A stretch of 64,000 nucleotides of DNA from Eledone cirrhosa (taxonomy: Eukaryota). The stretch's first letter is position 1, and each line of letters starts with the position of its first letter. The translations under genes were made by a program, and so were the position numbers. The notes beneath the pieces were generated by a model. That model searched no databases and was not told where the DNA came from. It was given only the letters and a program-made list of their open reading frames with translations. Shown piece after piece: positions 50,357 through 62,604 of the stretch. The stretch lies in the NCBI GenBank assembly GCA_964016885.1, contig OZ024743.1, positions 352,284,001-352,348,000 on the forward strand. The letters run 5' to 3'.

Positions 50357-53300
50357 TTCATTTATTAGCCACAAGGGCCGACGTGTAGGGGACAATACAA
50401 AGACAGGGACAGTCGGGGTTTACAATAAGGTCGAGTAAAAGTGCACAATGGCAAGACTAATTTAACAATGAAGATATAAAAATATAAAAAAAATATGCAT
50501 AAGTATAACAAAATAAATTCCCCGATAGGGGATGGACGACCCCGGGGTGACTCGGGTACCCCACCAATCCTGAACCACCCTGCGCTTCTAGAGCACCCAG
50601 GGAGAGCACCCCTCTCCTCAAGTTAGCTAGCCTATAGGCACATTGTCAGAGTAGGCCCATTCACACGAGCCATTCTCGCCACAATCACCCACCTTTTAGC
50701 AAATGTACTGGGGGGCAGCACTTCTCTCTCCACCCTCACCTTCCTTTCCAGGTGAAACTTGAAGAAGTTGATGAGGGATTGGCCGAAGAGAAAAGTGTCT
50801 GTCTTCAGTCCTTTTAACCTGGTCCACCATATAACCTCTTTCGCAACTGCCACAAGACAGAGGAAAATTTCCTGCTCTTCCTGACGTAAGGAAGGCGGCG
50901 GGTCGATCTTCACTATGGACTCGGCCGATAGCCGGATTCGTTCCACACGCGACAGTAGCTGTTCGACATAACTCCACAAGTAAGTAATGCACGGACATTG
51001 GACAAGTGCGTGCAGAACGGTTTCGTCGTTCTGTGCGCATCTTGGGCAGGTCCGTCTGACAGCACTTCCATGCTTGTAGAGTTTATCCCGAACTGGCAGT
51101 GCCCCCCGGTAGCACTGGCAAGCGAGGGATTTCTGGAAATTATCCATCGTCCCTGGCTCAAAAGTCCTCCGGTACAGAATGGTCAGTTCGACTTCGTCGA
51201 GGCCCAAAGCTTCTCTGAGTTCGTTTTCGCACTTGCCCACCACTAATCCTCTATAGAACTCAAGAGTGGAAGTTCCACTGATCGCATTGCCCGCTTGGTA
51301 GAGGGCAGTGAGTGCCTGGCAACATTCCAGGTGCCAGTCTCCCAGTCTCGGTCTCTTCTTGACCCAGGACTGCAGCTCAGTCAAAGAAATGAGCTGCGGA
51401 AAGGCCCGTCTGATAAACGGCGACCACACCTGTTCACCGTTGAGGTAGAATATCTGGAGATATCGCAGCCTCAACGCATGTCTGCGCATCATTAGCCACG
51501 GCATTCCCAGCCCTCCGCGTAGAGGGTGCTGGCAGCAGATGGACCGCCTCACCAACGGAACGTGTCCCCTCCACAAGAATTTGAAGAGGAGCCATTCCAA
51601 CTTGACGAGGCGCGGACGGGGGCAAAGCACGACGGTCAGGTGGTAGTAGATGACGGACGCGATGTTCGCATTCGCCACCTCCGCGCGACCTTTCAGTGAT
51701 AGCTTCCTCCCAGCCCATTTTTGGGTGAGACTGGCTATTCTGCTCGTTACCTCGTCCAAATTCTTTTCCACCTGGAGGTCTGGTCCGAACCAAATCCGAG
51801 CAACTTTACCAGTCTATCCGTCCAGCGCCTCACGACGCTGTTGGACGACATGGGCTTGCCTCTCCAGGTTCCGAGCTGCAAGCCCACCGACTTTTCCGGG
51901 TTAAGTTTGACTCCTGTCAACCTTTCATATTCCTTCAATACGGTGCCGACCAATAAGGTGTTCGACACCATCACGGTGATGTGGTCCGCATAAGCCGACA
52001 CCGCCTTTCCACGTCCCGGTTCGAGCGGAATGCCCTGCGACAGCTCCAGCTTCCGCAGTAAAGGGTCGAGAGTCAATACGTACAGAAGGGAAGAGAGAGG
52101 GCACCCTTGACGGACCGATCGGGAGAGCCGAAATGGTTCCGAGAGGTGGCCATTAACCTTGACCACCGAGCGTGTGCCGCTGTGCATAGCTGCGTTCCAG
52201 CTTCTGAAGACAGGGCCGAAGCCAGCTGCTTTGAGGACAAACTCCAGATACCGATGGTCGACCCTATCAAATGCTTTCGATTGATCTAAATTGATTAGTG
52301 CCCCACCGAAGCCAGATTTACACCCTACCCTCTCTATGATGTATCGCATGAGGTGGAGATTGTTGTGTATGGACCTGGCTGGGATTGCGCAAGTTTGCGC
52401 CTCCCCAACTAAATCCTCGACGACAAGCGCCAATCTCTTTGCTAACACCTTGGCCAAAATCTTAAACCCTGTGTTGAGCAAAGTTATAGGCCTGAAGTTG
52501 TCTAATGTATCCCTCTTGTTATCGTCTTTCCTTAGCGTCACCACTCCCCTGCTCACCGAACTGGGAATACACCTATTATGCTGTCAGTTGCAGTAGAGTG
52601 CTTCGAGGAGATCAGAGAACAAGTCTGGCATATTTACGTAAAGCTCGTAGGGTAGGCCATCCAAACCGGGTGACTTGCGTCTCATGCAGCTGACAAGGGC
52701 GTCCTGAATTTCAGCTGAAGTAATCGGCCTTTCGCAGTGCTCAGCGTCGGCCGTCGAGATGCGCGGCGAGCCGTCAAGGTAGGGACTGAAATCCGCTACT
52801 CTCTCTGACTCGCCACTCTCCCCGAACATCCGAGCAAAGTGTTGGTGAAAGGCCTCACACATCCGCTTGGAATAGCTTATCTCGTGTCCGTCTCGGTTCG
52901 CCAAAGACCGAATTGTGGTTTTATTACCACGCTGCGCCTCCGCCACGCGGGCCCATCGAACAGCTTTGGTTGCCTCGTTTCTCAGCGCACGCGCCTTAGC
53001 TCTGACAATGCAACCTTCGCGTTTCACATTGAAGAAATGGTCTAATGCCATTCTCGCCGCTAGCACGTCAGTTGCAATGCCACTACAAATAGCCTCGTCT
53101 AACTTATCTACCAGCTCCCCCTCCTTTCTATTTTTCTCTAACGCCAGTTCTTTACTGAACTCTATCGAAGTTACTCTAATCTCTCTTTTGAGAGCCCTCC
53201 ACCATCTGTTGTTGATGACCCCCCTGTCAACTTTTGCTTAACTAAATTGTTGACTCGGTCCCTGTAAGCCTTACGTGCCGGAAATGACATATTCAGCTTC

Positions 53301-56097
53301 CAGTAACCCGGTCCTAACCTACGCGTTTTATCTAGGTCGACCGTACAGATCACAAATTTGTGATCTGAATAGGCGAACGTTTTAAAAAGTGGACAGCCCA
53401 CACTATTTCTATCTATTTTTCTAATGAAGATCCTGTCTATATACGATCTAGATGACCCCATTCGGTTGGTCCACGTCCATACTGGTACATTGGGGGAATC
53501 TAATCGATACCTGTCAGACAGTTGGAACTGGTTGAGTAGGTGCTTGAGGCTTTTGCACCCCCCGCTCCTATCGGCTACTCCCACACAATCCCAGCGGGCG
53601 TCTAAGATGCCATTCCAGTCCCCCGCTAACAGTAAAGGGCGAGACGTACCCAGAAAGGTCTCCAGGCGCCTAAAGAAGTCAGGTCGTCCGGCCCGTGTAG
53701 GGGTGTAGACGGCCAGCAGTCTAAAGGCACCACCTTCGCTACTGCTCACATCCAAGACCACCAACTTACCATGCGGGTCCCGGAAGATCGACCTTACTTC
53801 GAGATCCAGTCCTTTCCTAAACAGCACTGCCACCCCACCCCCCATTCCCGGTCTGCTAACAGATGCGAAGATCTGATAGTCGTCGAAAATGGGGGCTAGT
53901 GTGCGCGTGTCGGAAATTCTGGTCTCGCTGACGTCAATCAATTCAATTTCCAGCGACCTGAGGTCGTTGAGCAGGCGACCCTACTTCCAGGGTGACCCCA
54001 GGGCGAACATTTAAACTTTCTACTCTTAATATGGCCATGTTGGTAAGCTAAGAGAGAGAGGGAAGGTTTACTTACCTCCCGGGGTCTTGTGAAGGTCGGG
54101 TGGTTCGATCTCCGTGGTTGGTGGGGTTTCTTTTGGGAACCCCTTTAAAAGTCTCGATGTGGGTTTCACATTCGGGGTTCCCATGTCTTGAGGAAAGCTC
54201 TCTCGAATTTCTTTGAAGGAATTGAGTGACATTCGGACCAGAAGCAAATCTTCTGGCACGCAAAATGTGCTCATTTCAAAAATCTCCCCCTTTGTTTGAA
54301 TGTCTTCGCTTCGTGCTAAGAGGGCCATCAGTCTATCGTTGGCCCTTCTGACAAGCACGAAGTTTTTAACATTTTGTTGGTGTGGTTTTATTTGTTTTCG
54401 TTTTGGTGACTGTGGTGGTGATGGTTTTGGTGGTGTTGTTTCGGGTATGTCTGTGTTTGTTGTAGGTGTGGTGTCTGCAATTTCAGGTATTTGTGTGTTT
54501 ATTTGTACTTGTGTTTGTTTAGGTTGTTTGCGTTTCGGGGATTGTGAGGGTGGTGTCGATGTTGCTGTTGGTGCTGATGTTATTGTGGAAGCGTTTGCGT
54601 TAGTGGTGTCTGTATTTTTTGTTGTGTATGTTTTTGCGTTTTGTTGGGGCTTTTTTTTTTGGTGAGTTTTCTCTGGTTTTTTTTTGCACTTTTGGGATTC
54701 CTTCATCTTCGCTGCTGGAAGACAAGGGGTCTGTGGCTGTGAGTGTATCTGTGTCTGTGTGTGCGTTTATTGTTTTGTTTATATGTATAATTGGGGGGGG
54801 GGGTGGGTAGGGGGAGTGAGAGAGCTTTCCTCGTTTTCCCCTTGGATTGGTTTTGGTGTTGGTGGTGATCTGGCTGTTTTTGATGTTGGTGTCCGTGTCT
54901 TTGTTGGTGTTGTTTTTGGTGGTGGTGGTGGTGCAGCTTTCCGTGCTGATACTGTCGTTGGCAACAAAGGAGGTTTGCGACCCCCTGCATTTTTGCACTG
55001 AGGGCAGAAGGCTTGCAGATGCGTTGCTTCCCCGCAGACGAAGCAGCGCGGCCTTCTTCCGTCAGGCGGGAAAAATCCGGGATGTTGTTCATGTCCTCCG
55101 GTTTTATTTAGAGAAGAATCTCCAAATCCATTCCGGACCAGTCCTCTCTCTCTGTCCTTTTGATATCCAGGAGGGTAGTGTCTGTCTCCTCCTCGATTAC
55201 ACATCCCAGCAGCCACCATATGTTCATTCCTGGTGAGATGCTGGGAATGCGGACCTTTACTGTCCTTTTACCCATGTAGGACGGATGCATGATAATGCAT
55301 TCCGTTCTGCAGGGGGTCACCGAGTGTTTAATAGCGAGGGCCTCGGTTTTGAACAGTACCGAGATGGTACCGAACTGTTTGGCTCTTGCTTTATACTCTA
55401 TGTTACTTCCGATGTACTCCAAAGCAGCCTAGATCTCTGCTTGGCTGGCAAGTTCCACTTTTCGTGTCTGCACCGAAATGCAACTAAAGTACACCGTCCT
55501 CCTTTGCATGGCCGCTATTGCCTTGTCCGGGATGGTCAGGTTTGTCCAGGACTTGCACGCTTGGGCCAACTGTTCGTCTTTATCGCTAATATCAATATCA
55601 ATATTCAATAAGCGCTTTGTTTTTGCTGCTGCTGCAGCAAATGTGGTGCTTCTGATGCTCTTGTTGTTGGTGTTGTCATTCTTGCTGTTATTGGTGTTGT
55701 TGTTGTTGTTTTGTTTGTTGATGCTGTTGCCACCGCCATCCGTGTTTACATTGAAGCTGTCGGTGTTATTGTCATTATTGCTCTGAGTTGTTGTTGTTGT
55801 TGTGGTGGTGGCGGTGATGGCGACTTTTGACCTGAACGTTGTTTACCATTTCAAGGTCGAAAATTTCCATATATTTTTGGGGTGGGGAAGCGATTTTTTT
55901 CGAAGTTTTTTAAAAAATAAATCTGAATATTCGTGCGTAAAGTCCGAATATTGAGAGGTCTCCCTCTCTTTAAATCGAGACGTGTACCTTAAGTTTCGTT
56001 AACGATAAGAAAAAACAAAATAATGACACTTTAAAACAGCTTAAAGTTACGAACCTTTTTCTCCGCAGATTTGTACTGTGTTCACACATGTGTGTCC
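50357..56097 (-). mobile_element. Near full-length L1/Tx1-clade LINE
   Basis: ORF1 region with zinc knuckle CFVCGEATHLQAFC. ORF2 has APE (SETRI, AGDWN, YIDRIF, SDHK), RT (KSPGLDGLP, FRPITLLN, KAFDRV, RQGCPLS, YADH) and C-terminal CPRC..ETVLHALVQC. AATAAA and an (ATT)n tail; several frameshifts. Confidence 0.92.
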
Positions 56098-56196
56098 ATA
56101 ATAATAATAATAATTGTTTCTACTTTTAGGCACAAGGCCAGCAATTATCCCAGTGTATTACTGGTACTTTATTTTAAAAAGGAAAAAAGTTGTTGC

Positions 56197-56598
56197 AACA
56201 ACATCAGTCACAACATGAACATCAATAACAATAGTACTAATAAAAACAACGACAATAACAATGGCAGCAACAGCAGCAGCAGCAACAGCAACAACAACAA
56301 CAACAAGAGCGACAGCAGCAGCAGCGGCGACGACGACGACAACAACAATGTGAACAATAAAATAAATGACACAGACAGCAACAACAACAACAACAGCAAC
56401 ACGAACAGCAACAACACATTTTCTGCCATGGCAGCTAAGAAAAGTCCATGTTTTCACATGGACCCAACAAATAAAGAACAATGTTTGGCCAAGTCATGAA
56501 AGATAATCAAACGTATAAAAACCTGGTCAAACCTAAACATCCTGGTTGAGGCAGTGGAGCACAGAACAATTATATACAGTTGTATTTCAGTGAGAAGT
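56197..56598 (+). mobile_element. 5' ORF1 fragment of the L1/Tx1 sibling family
   Basis: Close copy of about 46290-46736 (FSAMAAKK.PCFHMDPTNKEQCLA). Confidence 0.7.
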
Positions 56599-56705
56599 TA
56601 TATATATTTCCATGAACAAATCTCACGGAAAAAAGGAAAAAAATTGTTGCCCACTGTATTAAGTTTTTCTTTGTCTCAAATTGACGCAGGTTAGTCTGTT
56701 TAGAG

Positions 56706-57191
56706 CATTGGTTCCCAACCAGGGGGCCATGGCCCACCAGTGGGCCATAGCTAGTTATTGGGGGAGCCACGGGAATTAACTAAAAATCACAAAATTTCAT
56801 ACATAAAAAAGAAGAGTAGTTTCCTAACATAATTTTTTCTTTTTCTTGCTTCAAATTTTTATATTCAACTTTTTATCAACTTTCTACCTTTTCTAATTAT
56901 GATTTCACTTCATTTGATAATTATTTAAATCTGGATATAACACTTTATGTTTTAGTAAATAAACTTAGTAAAGAAACTTATTTTTATAACAGGATATATA
57001 TTATTTATTTTAGTAAATTTTAGTAAAGTTTATAATAAATTTAAAATGATTTGATTGAAATAAAAAGACATGCCGAAATTATTTCTACTTAAAAAAATTA
57101 CATCAAATATTAAAATTTTCTTTTTGGGGGCGCCATACTCTTTTGCTATATCATTAAGGTGGAATTTATTATAAAAGGTTGGGAACCGCTG
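56706..57191. mobile_element. hAT/Charlie-type MITE
   Basis: TIRs CATTGGTTCCCAACC and GGTTGGGAACCGCTG, 8-bp TSD GTTTAGAG/GTCTAGAG. The empty site is preserved in the inverted duplicate near 57533-57540. Confidence 0.9.
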
Positions 57192-57582
57192 GTCTAGAGC
57201 AACTGGCTAACTAGAGTTTTTTTAGATAATACTTTCATGGAACCAAGGTGCTCCCAGTCAATTGTGATATTTGCAAAGTTCCTACCGATCAGCTAAGATA
57301 TAGTGGTTAATTGTCTCACACACCGATCCCTTTGGATCTCTCTCTCTCACTTTGCTTCTCTTCCCTCCACCTCATTCTTTCTCTCACTGCCACACCAAAG
57401 AAATTCATCACATCAACAGAAGTTTGGTAAATACATTTTTAATAATACTTTTGCAAGCAAACACACATAAACATCATTATCAAGTATTATCTAAAACAAA
57501 TATTATCTAAAAAAACTCTAGTTAGCCAGTTGCTCTAGACAGACTAATCTGCGTCCAGTTTGAGACAAAGAAAAACTGAATA

Positions 57583-59450
57583 CAGTGGGCAACAATTTTT
57601 TTTTTTTTTTTCAGTGAACAAATCTCACGGAAAAAAGGAAAAAAATTGTTGCCCACTGTATTCAGTCAATTTTGTGCTGATTTCAAATTTGAAATTAGTT
57701 TTGCTCTATATGCTCTGGTTTTCTTGCAATTTTAAGATATACTTTTTTGACCTGTCGAGATATATCAGATCTAATCATTGCTTTTAATCATGGATTCTTC
57801 AAGCAAACGTCAATGTGTGAATAATCCTGATGGCTTCTGCTATGTCTGTGGCTCCTTCACACTTATACGTCAAAGGCGTAATATAATATTGTTTGTGAGG
57901 CAAGCATATAAATCCTACTTTAGAATTCCTCTTGGTGACCAAGACAAAAAAAAATGGACCCTCATGCTGTGTGTCATACCTGTGAGGAAAGGCTTCGTGA
58001 CTGGACAAAAGGAAAATAGAAGAGTCTGTCTTATGGAATTCCTATAGTGTGGTGAGAGCCCAGGGATCACACAACTAACTGTTATTTTTATCTGGTCAAG
58101 ACAAAGGTTACTGGCATGTGTTCTCCAGCACAATGGCAATGTTTATGGAGCTGTCCCAGTTGGTCATTCAGTGCATTTACGAGAAGAATATAATGACATA
58201 AAAACAGTTATTGACCTACTAAAATATCATGAACACAACTGGATCATTTGTGTAGACTTGAAAATGGTCACTTTCCTCCTTGGTTAACAGAAATGTTTCA
58301 CAAAATATCCTTGCTATCTCTGCATGTGGGACAGCTGAGCTCAAGAGGAACACTTGATCCAGAAGGAGTGGTCCATCATGCTCTTGAAGCATGACAAATA
58401 TTGTTAATGATCCAATCATCAGTCGAGATAAGATTGTTTTCCCACCACTCCATATCAAGCTAGGCTTGATGAAGCAATTCATGGAAGCATTGAATACTGA
58501 TGGTGAATGTTTTCAACATATAGTCTCTGCATTCCATGCTTTGTCCTTCAAGAAGATTAAAGCAGGTGTGTTTGATGGAGCTCAGAATTGTGTCGTTGTG
58601 TGTGATGAGGAATTTATCGGAAAGATGAATGACAAGGAAAGGGCAGCATGGCTGTCATTCGTGGTAGTTATACAAAATTTCCTTGGTAACAGAAAAGCAA
58701 ATGACTATGAAATTCTTGTAACTAATATGTCAGCTTTTCGTGATCTTGGGAGTAAAATGAGTGTCAAAATCCATTTGCTGCATAGTCACCTTGATCAATT
58801 TCCTGAGAATCTCGGGCTGTTAGTGATGAGCATGGAAAATACTTCCATCAAGAAAGCAGAACCATGGAAGAGTGGTACCAAGGCAGATGGCACAAAAATA
58901 TGATGGCAAACTACTGCTGGACCATTAAGCAAGATTGCCCTGGGAAAGTCCACAAACACAAGAGCTACAAGTGAAAATTCTTGCCTGAATAAGACCTATT
59001 TTTATTTTGCCTTCAATACTATTCCATTTCTGACCTATTAATTGTATATAAATTATGTTTTCTACTGAAAAACAGTACACACTTATTATAACGGAGTTAC
59101 GTTTCTGTATTGACAAATGGTAACATTTATTGGAATATCAAATATTATTTTTGTAGCCTAATTCTTATTGTGGCATACTAACTCATATTTATGAATAGAT
59201 CTAGAACCTCAATGCAAAGATATTTGTTTTTCACCTACTATGAAATACTATAACTATAAAATGTTCAGATGGATTGCATCTTCATACGAGAAACATTCAC
59301 ATTTTGGAAAATATAAAAAACACTTAATTGCAAAAAATTTGGAGCTATCAGATATCAGAGGAAAACTAACTTCATATTTGAATTCAGCACACTCAAATTA
59401 GGTAACATCAAGTGTCAGTATCAATGCACTGAAAATGTTGTTGACCAGTG
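57583..59450 (+). mobile_element. Chapaev3-like (CMC) DNA transposon, degenerate
   Basis: Termini CAGTGGGCAACAA and TTGTTGACCAGTG, each flanked by ATA, plus a subterminal inverted match. Transposase motifs CVNNPDGFCYVCG, GDQDK, ICVDLK, PPLHIKLGLMKQF, KIHLLHSHLDQFPENLG. Superfamily assigned from recalled motifs. Confidence 0.7.
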
Positions 59451-60302
59451 ATATCTATCTGCTACATGGTCAACATGTCGTCACACTGACTTAGAGTTCA
59501 AATTACTACAACATATTACTACTTTGTGGCTGTTTCTAATTAAACCATGGAATCTCCTTGGTTTCATTATACATAGGATAAATATGCCCATATGAACTTA
59601 CTGTTTCTGTTGTAATGTCTCCACGAAGTTCTATGTAGGTATTGTAAATTAAAGAAATTACTTTATCACTTCTTGATACAAATCTTGCCTGTCAATATGA
59701 TGTGTGAAAGGCTCTGACACATAATTCACAGTATGGTTATTGTTCAATAGTCTCCAACTGTAAAACAATAATTGTTTTAAATTCAATTATTTACTTCTTT
59801 AATTGATCAAAGCTGGTTACGCATATAAAACAGATGTTTTTTTTAGAATAACATTACAAATATTCACAAACATGGCTTAAAAATTATTGAGGATTACATA
59901 AATATGAAAAAGAAAGATAAAAGCGAAATTAAGTAATGAGAATGGAGAAGGGGTAAAGAAGGGCAGATTTGGCTGTATGGGAAATTAGAGGAAAGGACTA
60001 TAAAAGCCGTAAATGAGAGAAAAAGGAGGGGAAAGCAAGAACTCCAGGGCAACAGAAGAAAAGGAGGGGCAAGGCGAGAGGGTGATGGGCTCTGGGCCTA
60101 GAACACGGCAGTGTTGGAGCTGCGTCCCATGACAACAGCACAGGAATTAATAGTGGACAGACAGAACCGTTTGGGTGAAAAAGGACAAAGGACTGCTGCT
60201 ACACAACAAAATTGAGGAACAGCGCCAAATTAGACGAAATGCTGATAAAGCACATCGTTCTACTACTCGAGCAGGAGAACAAGATACAAGTAAAACTTTT
60301 CT

Positions 60303-62230
60303 TATTTTAAATCCCCAGTCGCGGAAGAAGCTGATTAATTGTTTACGGACCCGGTCCGTACTACTGGGGTTGTACCCTTTGAGGGTAAGGAGCCCATCAT
60401 CATGGTACAATCCACCGCCGAATGCAGGAAATCTTTCGGTGAGTTTAAATAGTAGGAATAATCCTATAAGATCTGTGACCGCAGCCGAATCCGTCGCGCC
60501 ATACTGAAAATAACCCTACAAACGTACCTAACACAAGTAAACTTCCTGGACGTTACCCTTAACCACGATAATGATCTGTACTACCCATACAGGAAACCTA
60601 ACGACAACCTGCATTACATCCACCGCCGGTCGAACCACCATAGAAACATCACCAATAACCTGGTTAAAAACATCTCCCTCCGCATATCTCGTCTTTCCGC
60701 TAATGAGCAGATATTATATGAACATGCGCCTTATTACAACCAGGCCCTCAAGCGGAGTGTCTTCCGGGAGGAAATATCCTACCATCCAGCTTCCATTAGC
60801 GGAACCAGCAGGCGACACCGCCTCTCACGCAACGTAACGTGGTTCAATCCTCCCCACAATGCCGAGGTGACAACACCTATCGGGAAAATCTTCTTTAGGC
60901 TCATCGAAAAACACTTCCCACTACAACACCGCTACCACAACATAATCAACAAAAACACCATTAAACTCTCCTACAACACCACACCTAACTTTGCACAAAA
61001 CATCGTCTCCTCTAACAACAAAAAACTCAACCCCTATAGAAGAAATAACCGAGACAGCAGTGGAGACCATGAGGTGCACCTGTCCTGATAGATCCCTTTG
61101 CCGCTTCAACAACAGATGCCGAGATCGTAATGTGATCTACCAGTGCAACGTGAGGACGGACACCTCCAACAAAGCTTATATAGGATTAAACACTTGTGAC
61201 TTCAAGACCCGGCTCTACCTACACAGACATACTTTCCGAAACCCGGCCCAGCGTCACACCACTACACTCTCGGGTCACATCTGGGACCTCAAAGATAATA
61301 AAATAACATACAATCTCACTTGGAGCTTACTGTCCAGAGCTAACTCTTACACGGGAGGACGCCGTCCGTGTAACTTATGCTCGGAGGAAACATTACAAAT
61401 GCTGTTCTCGAAGAACCAACTCCTAAACAAGAAAGACGAACTGGTAACTGCATACAAACAGATTGCGTAGGACTTACCTCGCCCTCAAACCCCATAATGA
61501 CCCGGGGGTGGGGGTGGGGGGTAGAAGGGCTGAAACACCCCACTTGCCGACTTTGTAAGGGTAACCCCTGCTCACAAAGGTAGACGTAACTTTTTTATAT
61601 TTCTTTTATTTTTTCCTCTATAGTTCCTTCTTCTCCCCCCCTTTCTTCCTAGTCCTTCCACACCAGATCTCCATCCTTGTCTTTTTTTTTTTTTTTTCAA
61701 CTTTTCGCCCACCCCGATGCAGCCCATCGGCCCTCTGTAGCCTCAGCAACCCCCTTAATTTTAAGATAGAATTGGCCGATTACGCTTTTTATAGCAGATG
61801 TGTTAGACCCCAGATAATTGCCTTCTTTCTGGCTGCTGCTCCATTTCCGTGATTTCTAGATTTCTGCATTGGTATTCTTGTATTAGTATTTATTGTATTA
61901 GTATTCTGAATTAATATTTCGTATTAGTTTTTTAGTATGTTTGCCCTCAACTTATTAACCTGTCATTGTAAGATAGCATTGGCTGATTATTACTAACTAT
62001 TGCAGCGGTGTTTGACACCCGGTAAAGATGGCTTTATAAAATTCTTAGTGGTATTTTTGCTTTAGTATTCTTGGTATTAGTATATATTAGCATTCTGAAT
62101 TAATAGTTCGTATTAGGTTTTAAGTATGTTTGTCCTCAATTTATTAACCTGTCATTGTAAGATGGCATTGGCTGATTACTACTAACTTTTGCAGTGGTGT
62201 CATCCCCCCTGTAAAGATGGCTTTATAAAG
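60303..62230 (+). mobile_element. PLE family B, 5'-truncated with inverted 5' segment
   Basis: 60303-60505(-) encodes GATDSA...GLYHDDGL...WGFKI. Plus strand from 60506 continues KITL..VNFLDVTL, WFNPP, CTC..C, VIYQC..YIG, CNLCSEE. A 189-bp tandem duplication lies in the 3' UTR (about 61870-62230). Confidence 0.88.
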
Positions 62231-62447
62231 TACTTTCACTACAATCCCGTATTTAGCATTTTTCTCCACCTATTAAACTTTTCTATAGCTTAACAATACC
62301 AATGAGAGATTTGGGGATTGTGGGGATGGAATAGTAACCAGAAATTGTTGTTTGTTTATATATTTGTTATTTTTATATATTTATCTCCTCATCTTTATAA
62401 TAGCTTGTTTGTTTACTCCCTTTCGATTTACCTACTTTTTGTTTTTT

Positions 62448-62600
62448 TTTGTTCAACACTGACACAGGAACGATCATAATAAATGTTCGGTAAACCGATA
62501 CGTGCATATATATATGTGTGCATGTATGTATATATATACATACTACTGTACGTCTGTATACATATATGTATGTACGTATACATACATACTTATATGTATA
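62448..62600. repeat. Isolated rearranged fragment of the 421-bp satellite
   Basis: tttgttcaacactgacacaggaacg (array orientation) is joined to ataataaatgttcggt...catactactgtacgtctgtatacat (opposite orientation). Confidence 0.85.
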
Positions 62601-62604
62601 TACA

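Noticed and set aside
56071-56499. Asn-, Leu- and Cys-rich ORFs here and at 46275-46631 as host genes
   Set aside because: (AAC)/(AGC) low-complexity 5' region of the Tx1-like ORF1, partly fused to a SINE fragment.
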